DNA of 64,000 nucleotides. It comes from Tubiluchus corallicola (Eukaryota; Animalia; Priapulida). A program made the translations under genes and the position numbers. Of this stretch, positions 52,401 to 64,000 are shown piece after piece. How positions within the stretch are numbered: the stretch's first letter is position 1; each line of letters opens with the position of its first letter. The notes beneath the pieces are model-generated. The model had not been told where the DNA came from. It worked only from the letters and a program-made list of their open reading frames with translations, and ran no database searches. The stretch spans positions 799,214 to 863,213 of the forward strand of contig JAQGDQ010000033.1 in NCBI GenBank assembly GCA_030141605.1, read 5' to 3'.

Positions 52401-53748
52401 CCAGAATTCTTTGCTGCCGGTCGCTTTTTTGGTTAATGTCAATAGTTTTAAGTAGCTGTAGACAGGATAAAATACTCCATGATTTTTTCGGTTGGTTTTC
52501 AACAGAACTAGCGACTGAGCAAACCTTACTGAGAAAGCCGAGTGCGAAGACGCTGGACGTCGGTACCTTTGCAATATCCTCATAACTGCTTGTAATGGCA
52601 TTAAATATTTCAATTAGTTCCCGTTCTTTATCTGATATCATAAAGTCACGCTTTAGTCTGACTTTTGATATGTCGCCTAGAAGAAACACAAGACGTTTGC
52701 TTTAATTTGAAATACACAGTTATAAAATATTTTGAGCAGCAACAGTTGTGTTCTTACTAACTGGGTAGTGATTTAGCTTACTTAGTCGACAAGTGCAAAA
52801 GTAATACGTGGGCCTAGCAGACTAAAGATTTCGTGCATCCCTGTAGACAGCAATAACAAAACTGGTACTGCACCTTCTGTTAGTTTAATATTAATTTTAG
52901 TAGATGATGCTACAGCCTAGTGACATTTGATAACAAAGAAGATGTAACTTTTAAGCTGGTACCCTTTAATTTAACACTAGTTGCTTTTGTAAAGGCTAGA
53001 GCACTAACTCATATGCCATTCGTAACTGCAATATGTAAACCGATGTTACAACAAAGGTAATGTTCAGTCATCCTCTCAGTCATTAAAAAGATCAGTTCAG
53101 TACACGATCTAACGGCGATTTATTCCCTATGATAAATTACTGCAATATTCAAGCAGCTATGATGGCTCTTAAACCCGCATCATTTATGCCCTCAAGCATA
53201 GCTACATCAAAATAAGGGTCTCTTATATTATAATAAAAACGTAACGTATTGCATTATGCGTAGCAGCAAAGATAATTAAAATAGACGAAACGAAAAGAGG
53301 TGAATTGTCATAATAGCCCCATATCTGCATTCCAGATGCCCCTGCATTCAACGTAGAGTTAGTGTCTCTTATTTAGAGCTTTATTATGAAGTGTTCTTGA
53401 AGTACACTTACCTACGTTTTTTCTGATGGTTTCGACAGCTGACGAGAAATAGGCACCAAACTCCTGTTAAATAAAAAGAATTGCGTGTATGATAGTGAAT
53501 ATGACTATTATTTATTGTCTCTTTAGAGTTTAGGCACATTAGGAATAAAACTTAGCTTTATTTGAATTAGCATTTTTAATTACAAAGCAAGAAAGCGCTT
53601 TAATTAGCATTAGTATTTACCCATTGCATACCTGTGACAGTTTCGGTTTCTTGATTGCTTGAAACTGTTGTAATATAGCGATTGATAAGCACAATAAAAT
53701 AAGACACGCAACACATTTTTTTGCTTTAGCAATTTTTTGGTTATACAT
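49422..53748 (-). CDS. Type I transmembrane glycoprotein: signal peptide, CUB, Thr-rich stalk, SEA-like, Ca-binding EGF, TM, short Tyr-rich tail (~704 aa)
   Basis: Exons on minus: 53632-53748 (MYNQKIAKAKKCVACLILLCLSIAILQQFQA signal), 53412-53463, 51429-52676 (CUB: NGTISSPNFPNVY..C.III...V.LEF..FEV...C...YDHV.I...YCG...I.F.T......GF; then Thr-rich), 51217-51311, 50884-50954, 50476-50687 (KTKRRKRREANS), 49873-50010 (DVDECLHGNLNLCDEHADCTNTIGSYNCTC), 49422-49603 (TM VALLIGITVGVIIVGTIVIISLVCY, then RRYK). All are GT-AG and phase-compatible. Confidence 0.85.
49700..49793 (-). pseudogene. Decayed duplicate of the EGF exon (pseudo-exon) in the last intron
   Basis: Minus TTGTGCGATGAGCATGCAGGCTGAATTAACACAGGATCCTACAAC reads LCDEHAG*INTGSYN, versus functional LCDEHADCTNTIGSYN. 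It has in-frame stops and lost cysteines. Confidence 0.8.
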
Positions 53749-55457
53749 AATGTATATTATATTATGACAACAAAAATAAACAGCTTGACATCAAAACAAA
53801 CTTAGAAGTGCAACAGCATAGTTATAACTGTGATAACTGTAGAATATAGCAAGTATATACAACCTACGTGGCTTCAATTTCGTTTTTCCAACCTTACCAA
53901 AGGCTGAACTATATTTGTGGGCTATACCCGTACATTACATACGTAGGAGTTTTTATGAATTAGCAAGGACAAGCAAAACCTTTGAGAAATGTATGAGATA
54001 GTCCATTTTAAACAAATACTGTACTGCATTAGTAGGCATACCCGTTGTCATTATTAACGCATTAGCGTGTTGGCATTATCATCGTCACCATTATCGCCTT
54101 TGCCGTAGTTATCATCATCGTTATTGTCATCAGTCATCGTCGTCAGCAATAAATACAACGACAGCAAAAGGAACACCAGCGATAGTAGCAACAAAGACAA
54201 TAGTAACAGTAATGACACATGGAAGTTATTGACCGCTATAATATCAAATCTTATCAAATTAAATTAATTTATTTGACTCCAGCAATAGTTATATACCAAC
54301 ATACAAAATAAATAGATTAAATAGCATAAGAGAAAAATTAATTAATGAAACCATAACTATTCATAACCAAACAGAGTAATTGCTGCGTGACACACTGAAA
54401 GCCTGCTTGGAAAAGCGCCATGAATGAGGAACAAAATAATGGTTAAGGCTAGTGGACACGATAGAAAGGAAAGATAGTAAGATTAGGGACAAAAGGAAAA
54501 AAAGGAAGAAAGGAAACAACTCTTATGACGGCAAAACCCGCATAAGAGCACTTCGTGCATCAATAAGATTAAATTGAAGTCATTAGAACTATTAATGCAC
54601 GAGCGTTCCACGTAGTGTAAAAAAGGCCAAGAAATAGTGTTTACATAAGATTTAGTACAAGACAGCCTAGTTTATGCGTCAGAGATGATATCGCATAACG
54701 GCTTGATGGCTAAGAGTTTTATAGTACTTCAATCGAATGGAAAGAAATCGACTTTTTCTTTGCCCCGTTACTTCTCTCAAAAATGATATCGTATATCCTC
54801 ACAAAGAGCCAAGTAAACGTTTTTTACACAGTGTGCGTGAAACATAAAAAAATCAATTTATCGATAGATGAATGGCCTGCGGGAAGCCATTTGCTCTGCC
54901 CGAGTTGAGAAACGCCTATAAGTTGACTTTCCATAATATTATCCACGAAATGGAATAGTGGGAAAGGGATGGCGAAGATCTATTAGCTGATTTATAAATG
55001 AAAAACATTTATTTATTTTTTGCTGAATGACAGTTACGTTTTTTTAAGTGAATGAAAACGTTGTTTGTTTTGTGTGTGTGTGTGTGTGTGTGTTTTGCGA
55101 CTGTTATTTTTGTGCTAGTAGAAATCAGCCTGTCCCATAGACCGTAGACGTAATACAATAAAAGAAGTTTATTCCATACAGTTCATAAAATAAACTGTGG
55201 TCAAAACGAGCAAAACGTTTAACAAATATTTATCGAAAGTAAATATTAAACACCATCAACTAACATTTAGTACGTCAACTTAATACAACTTTTTTTGTTA
55301 TCCTGCGGCATTACATAATATGAAAATTCCGAATATCATTTCTTAGGCTGCACATTCAGAATTGCAGTACATCTGCCACTTTCTCAAATCCTTTTTGCCA
55401 AGCATATATAGTATTGATTAATTTTGCAAACGAACTACCAGGGAGTAGGTCTTCGAG

Positions 55458-56219
55458 TTATTTCTTCTTTCTGCTCGTTTTTCCTGATATCATGTCCATA
55501 ATCGTGTTGATAAGTATGACGCGCTTAATGGTCTCTCGCTCTTCTGCTTCCATTTTCTTAATCAGTTCTTCGTGCGCCTTTATTGCAGCTGCGTCGGGCG
55601 TTACTTCTACACTTACTGTAGTTCCATATTCAGTAACAACTACTTCCACCGCTTCTGTTATTATTTTTATTGTAGGCTCAGTAGTTGTAGTCGTAGTCGA
55701 TTCAACTTCTTGCTCTGACGAGGCATTGGTTGACTTCAGTTCTGCCGAAGAGGCAGTCATTTCTCTAATTATTGGTGTGATCGCAGTACTAGTTTGAAGC
55801 AACTTTAATAACTCTTCTGTTTCGTTGACGTTAGTAACACTTACAGTTTCATTCGCTTCAGCCATAGCTTCGTCATAGCCCTGTTCAGCAGGCCATGGTT
55901 CTTCAGTTCCAGTTTCATTACTTTCAGCTTGCCTAGTCTCATTGACAACATAGTTGCCACCAGTCCCTTTGACAGCACCAGTAATATTCTTCTGCACCTC
56001 CTGCTGTTCCTGTTTCTCACCAGCCAAAGCAGCCCCTGCAGTTTTGTTGCCCACTAAACTACTCGCTTGGCCATGTTCTTCACCTTCCTGTTCACCTTGT
56101 AACTCACTCGCCGATGGTTTCTTCGACATCACGATAAAGGTGACAGCTAGTACGACCACAATTAAGATTACCAGGACGGCAAATCCAACAGCCAGTCGTT
56201 TGTAATTCTTAAATTCCAT
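55458..56219 (-). CDS. Uncharacterised type II membrane (signal-anchor) mucin-like glycoprotein, 253 aa from ATG
   Basis: Single ORF with first ATG at 56219, just after a TTTTAG acceptor. Short basic N-terminus, hydrophobic LAVGFAVLVILIVVVLAVTFIVM, Glu/Thr-rich Cys-free ectodomain with several N-x-T/S sequons (four NET), and a helical C-terminus. Confidence 0.8.
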   Translation of the reverse strand: MEFKNYKRLAVGFAVLVILIVVVLAVTFIVMSKKPSASELQGEQEGEEHGQASSLVGNKTAGAALAGEKQEQQEVQKNITGAVKGTGGNYVVNETRQAESNETGTEEPWPAEQGYDEAMAEANETVSVTNVNETEELLKLLQTSTAITPIIREMTASSAELKSTNASSEQEVESTTTTTTEPTIKIITEAVEVVVTEYGTTVSVEVTPDAAAIKAHEELIKKMEAEERETIKRVILINTIMDMISGKTSRKKK

Positions 56220-56921
56220 TCTCACGCTAAAATTTCTCTTGACTGTTACAACTGATACGCTACACGTACTTCAGTGTGTATAAATCAAGTAACTGTACAT
56301 AAAAATTGTCACAGATAGGTACACCCAGATATTACATGCCTCGAAGTGGCTTCTTTTCCTACAAATGCTAAAAGTACTTTGCGTGTACTAATCTATTCTA
56401 ATTGCACGTATCACCTTATTGACGATGATGATTAATCTCATTTTAAATACTTTATCTGCATAAATGGGCTTTTAGTTACGGGATTATAATTTAACTTAAT
56501 TATAAACACACATACGCATGCACGTCCGCACGCACACGCGCAATTAAATGTATGCAATTGTGTATAGTTACTACGACTGTTAAAAATTATAACCAAAAAA
56601 CTACATTTGCCGCTATTAAAATTATTACGCAATATGCCAAATCGCTGACTAAGATCATTAGGTAGAATATTTGAATTTATCTGAGCACATTTAGGTCTGG
56701 TGTGTACACCAGTTAAGTCACTAAATTTTCAGTATTTAAATAATCACCTTTTTAAAGGAAATCGATTTCGGCCTCTAATAATTAAGATTTATCTTGTGCC
56801 GTACCGGTACGTACTTTTTATTAATTTACAGTTTCATATGGACTGGATCGACCTGCAAAATCCTTGCAGACGAAGTAGAAGGAGATACTAAGCGCTTATT
56901 ACACATAACTTTATTGGTATA

Positions 56922-57556
56922 CACCAGGTAGACTTTTTAAAATGTACCTTCACTTCAGTAATTTTTTTCCCGAATGCGCATTTTCTTTGAGAGACCCTTA
57001 ATACACTCTGAATGACAAGTACTTGCTGAAAACAAAGTCCAAATACCTAGGATAGGGTTAAGTCCAGGATACAGAAGCCAGGGTTTCACGGGGTTCGCGA
57101 CTTCGGGGACTACTCATAAGTCCAACAGTCGTTAATTAGGCTAAAAATGTCCCCAAAATGATCGCAAAATGCCGTTGCCATTATCGCCAAACGGTCACTG
57201 GCTTCCCTGGGAAATTTTAAAACTTTTAAAGTTTGCCGCCGGAATCGCCAAAACTTCTCCAAACTGGCGTAAAGTTGTCTGAACATGTGCGAACCAAGCG
57301 CAAATATGTTTCGTGACTTTCGCTAACAATTTCAAAATGCGTCAATGTGTTGCAACATCGCTTTGTGGTATAAAAGTCGCAGAAAAGTGGCGAAAATCGC
57401 GCCAGATTGTTTAGAAATTAGCGTGACAGATTTACTACACAGACAACAAAAATTCGCGACCCCGTCGCACCTGGCTTTACGAATATCGACGATTGTTACT
57501 GTAGCAGACCTACCTCATTTCTTCCAGGCTGTAAAAGAAGCGTAGTCTACCTGCTG
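56922..57556. mobile_element. TA-flanked MITE-like element with a second nested inverted repeat
   Basis: TA|CACCAGGTAGACT ... AGTCTACCTGCTG|TA (12 of 13 TIR match). Inner inverted pair AAGCCAGGGTTTCACGGGGTTCGCGA (~57075) and TCGCGACCCCGTCGCACCTGGCTT (~57454-57477). Interior is CpG-rich. Confidence 0.55.
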
Positions 57557-57683
57557 TACAAACAACTACCAATAGGCCGCCATAACCATCTACAGCCTAA
57601 TAACGCAGTGTAAACTGATGAATAGGTGCATTACTTTCTTGCCTGTTGTTTGTGTTTAGCGACTAACTGTCTCAGTAATCGTA

Positions 57684-58694
57684 ATGCCTGAATGGTGGGA
57701 CAGACTGAAGTCAATGAAGAAGAAAAATGCCGCGGTTGACATGAGCAGTTTCAAGATGCAAGTTATAGCCGTTTATGCGATGGTTGTCATTGTGGTACTG
57801 TGCTTTACTGTACCGTTCCTAGTGCACAGTCACCAGATCAAGAACCATAATAATGCAATTGCAGCACAACTTGAACTTAAAAATCAAAGTCGAGAAAACG
57901 ACACGTCATATCAAACTCTTTCACAAGAAGATGAATACAACACAGTTCTGGAAAAACTGTTAGACAAGTATGCTCAGTTTAAAGAAAAAATTGAAAATAT
58001 GAGCACACAGTATAACGCATTCGAAACAGAATTTAACAGTACGAAGGAAAATTATCGCACTTTTCTTGCAGCACTGGAGTTGGTTCAGGAGCATTACAAC
58101 ACTTTAGCTAAAGAACATCAAGAAGTAATGTCAACCTACAATGAATCTGATATTGAACATGTAATTGATGAGGTGATAGTGCAGGCAGGGACTGATGCAA
58201 AAGCACTGCTGAGAGAAACAATGGAACATTTTAAAGAAATTGGAAAGTTCTTGGAAGAAACTAAAGACGAGTATGAGGGTCTGAGTGCTGAACTGCGGGA
58301 CACTGGTGTAGAGTATATTGAGCTTCGCAGAGAACCACATGATAATCTAATACACGAGATTCTGGAGTTGGATAAGTTACAAACTGAACTAGAAAATGAA
58401 CTACATGAAGCGGACTTAAAGTACAGTGCACTAGATGATTTTAACCTGACGTCGTTAGATGAAGCTTTTAAACAGTCTAGTGACACGTACAGTGAGATAA
58501 AAGGAAAGGTACACGAAACACATCAACAACAATATAGTTTGGAATTAGAAATCCTTGAAACAGGAAGCCTGTACGCTAACCTGGTAAAAAATCTGAACGC
58601 AATCGAAGAACAACGCAAACAGTTGTCTGAAACATTTAGAAGAATAGAAGAGTATGCGGCTTTGTGGGAAGTTGTAATCGGAAATCACACATAG
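57684..58694 (+). CDS. Uncharacterised type II membrane protein with long acidic coiled-coil ectodomain, 336 aa
   Basis: Single 1011-bp ORF preceded by a TGTTTAG acceptor at 57659. Basic cytoplasmic N-terminus, TM VIAVYAMVVIVVLCFTVPFLV, then ~280 aa of E/L/K-rich heptad-like helix with multiple N-glycosylation sequons (NQS, NDT, NMS, NST, NES, NLT, NHT). Confidence 0.85.
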   Translation: MPEWWDRLKSMKKKNAAVDMSSFKMQVIAVYAMVVIVVLCFTVPFLVHSHQIKNHNNAIAAQLELKNQSRENDTSYQTLSQEDEYNTVLEKLLDKYAQFKEKIENMSTQYNAFETEFNSTKENYRTFLAALELVQEHYNTLAKEHQEVMSTYNESDIEHVIDEVIVQAGTDAKALLRETMEHFKEIGKFLEETKDEYEGLSAELRDTGVEYIELRREPHDNLIHEILELDKLQTELENELHEADLKYSALDDFNLTSLDEAFKQSSDTYSEIKGKVHETHQQQYSLELEILETGSLYANLVKNLNAIEEQRKQLSETFRRIEEYAALWEVVIGNHT

Positions 58695-61132
58695 CACAAC
58701 TTGCAAGCTCTCTTATGAGTTTCTATTATTCAAAAAAAACTTTTACTACTGGACATGTTCATCTTCAACCTCAAGCTGTCATGTTGTAATACGGGACAAG
58801 TGCAAAATATTCAAAAAACCTACAACTACTCTGGTTACTACTTCAGATGAACAGTTCCTCATTTCTGTTAAATTACGTGTAACAATTTATCATTTATTGT
58901 GTGTTCTCATTCATATGAATTATACTTATAAATGGAAATTACAGTATTCGTAAACCACTACAACTAGCAATTGTAAACATTTAATTCGTTACATTATTTA
59001 TGGAAACTGTGTCAAATGTAATCAATACTGACTCTACTCCTGTAAAACAAACAAGTAAAAGAAAGCAAAAACAAGCAAATATAAAACACATGCAAAATAT
59101 TCCATTATTATTATTACATCATATTATTAAACTATAAGGAAACAAGTACAGGGAGCTTGTTCAAAATATCTGTAAATTATACAGGTTGGTTATGAAATGC
59201 TACAAGTTGGCTAAGAAAAAGAGACTACTCAACAAGATGAATAACTTGAACTAATACTTTATGCATGATGGTATGTGCATGTGAAATAGTGATCCTTTTT
59301 AACACACAACTTCAAAAATTACTATTATAGCACAAGTTGCTATATAGCGTTTTGCCAGATATCTTGTAAGCTGTAAGACAAGTTGCAAGTTGTATCTTGT
59401 AAGACAGCTTTACATCAGTCACAACTTGTCGTATGTACCATCAGGTTCATAATTAGAGAAAAGACGTGTCAGAGCAAATATTAATTCTTTAATTATTGAC
59501 CATTTAGTGTTTGTGTAGCAAAATGTATTCGTGGAATTTCTGCCTATTTTCTGCATTAAAATTAAGAGATAATTTTAAAATGGTGAACAAACATGGACCT
59601 GTTAAACAGATACATACATTATTTATAGCTGAACAAACCAGAAAAGTGAGCCAATTAGCTATAAAACAGAAGTAATTTCTATTTTTACTCATTTATGTGT
59701 TGCAAATACCATACTTATATACCGCGTCTAGTTGACAAAACAAACTATTTACAGCACACCACCTACATAGAGCTTCATAACAAGTTTACACAGTAGACAC
59801 ACCTGCCAACTAAAATTAATAGCAAATGGGGAGCCCACTAGAAAATATTTGTGTGTAACAATATGACAGCCTTACAGTCAGTACATACACAAAGTGCACA
59901 TGTACATGTATCATGTATTTTGATATCTTGGCACCAAATACATGACAGCCTTAATCAAAGTAACCAAATGCAGTAATTTAACTATTATTTTTCTTACTAT
60001 AACATCTGAGCTATGTAAGAACTTGTAGATATTGCTACTCACTAATCTAAGTAAATCCAGCCGACATATAAAATGTTAGAATAAACTTGATTTAAAGAAA
60101 AACAGCTTAGTGTCTTTATAAATGTGCTCTTTTATCTCTGTCATAGGTGGAATTAGTATCCATAAATATAGGCCCCTGTGTTTTCACAGCAGTTACTATA
60201 ATACTGCATGCCAAATTTAACACTGCATACAGATTCTCTTAGCAACAAATACGTACAAGCAAATTTCCTATAACAAGTCAGTAGACTCCCAAATATCCAT
60301 TTTACACAAATAAATATCCATCTTAATAATTTGTTATAATTATAAATTGCTACAAATAACAGTTTCACTAAACAGAAATCAATTTCGTGTATACTCCTAG
60401 AGTAGTACACATCGCATACTGTACAAATCCATAGACTTCCATTATAAAAGCGGTACAGCACTTAATATACAGTATTAATGTCAATTACAATCACATAACT
60501 GTTGTAACACATCATGAAACTCTCAAGTTCCCCATTCAGCCACATGTGGCGTCATGAGCTGCGCTCCTGTAGTAAATGTGATAAAAAGTTTCGAAAAGCA
60601 AATTTCAGAAAACTGTAAGCAACCAACATACCGGGATATTAATGGAATGACTAGTCAGAGAAACTTCAATAGGAAATGAAAACTAATTGAACAACAAGAG
60701 CAACAAGCCACAGCACTTGCAGTGACTGCAAGGGTAACTATAGAGGTGCACCAATCCTTCTAACATATGCATGAGAAAAACCAGATCACTAGGAGACGGA
60801 ATGAAATAATATACACATGCCTATTGTTTAATATTTACTGTTTGTGACAGAGGTTGTTCTTATGCATATGTTGTGTCTGGCATGTTTTGTACAGCTTTCA
60901 TACATCACATAACATCAAACAGAGAAGTTTACAAATTATTCTGCATGGACTGTGTGCGACACAAGACGACAACACACAACGTGCCCATGTCACACTAAAT
61001 AATGCAGTCATCTTCTATACAGAAAAAAATCGATGAGCAAAAATTAACGAATAACTGAAAGGAAAGTTGCTACAGCATGTTTGTGTGACATGAGAATGAG
61101 GCGTGTTGTTTCGCTCCATTGCCTAACGACCT

Positions 61133-63686
<2,554 letters not shown>

Positions 63687-64000
63687 CTAAAATTGCAAAC
63701 GATAAACGTTTTATTAACAACAGTAAATCAACATTGCACATTAGAATGTGAGATTTTGTTTTTAAAGTTAATCAAATGCCACTGGGTCACCCAGTGAAAT
63801 TACCCAATGCAAAACACCCTTATGTCACAGATTTTAATGCAATTTAGTGTGTTGGTCTGGCTTATGAAGAAATGCAAAAATCCAAATTTTTAGCAAAATT
63901 GGGCCAACGGTTCAAAAGTTATGGCCCTTTGAAAATGGCTGAAAAGGCTAAGAATCGCCAAAATCGGCGTGACATGCAGTTTTTAAGCGATCATAACTCA

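Noticed and set aside
54054-54257. 67-aa ORF with hydrophobic and Asp-rich runs
   Set aside because: Product of degenerate trinucleotide low-complexity sequence with a non-ATG start.
54520-54790. Possible LINE 3' remnant (FYTTWNAR on minus)
   Set aside because: Too degenerate to support as a feature without a library search.

Overview
AT-rich, intron-rich animal (invertebrate-like) genomic DNA. There is no sign of prokaryotic features, rRNA, tRNA or CRISPR. From left to right: (1) the 5' part of a PPP1R37 (LRRC68) gene on the minus strand, running off the left edge; (2) head-to-head with it, a complete ~30-exon symplekin (SYMPK) gene on the plus strand (~1193 aa in my hand-built model), with one GC-AG intron and an antisense, intronless MATH-like ORF nested in intron 8; (3) three unrecognised membrane-glycoprotein genes: an 8-exon type I receptor (signal peptide, CUB, Thr-rich stalk, SEA-like domain with RRKRR, Ca-binding EGF, TM, Tyr-rich tail ending in an ITIM-like/PDZ-binding SQYSDI) and a divergent pair of single-coding-exon type II membrane proteins; (4) the last three exons of Rab1 on the minus strand. 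Introns hold MITEs and transposon relics (pogo-like, hAT, Harbinger-like, Helitron-like, LINE 3' ends). A long foldback sits in the PPP1R37/SYMPK divergent promoter. All exon models were assembled by eye from splice signals, reading phase and recalled homology; no database search was run.
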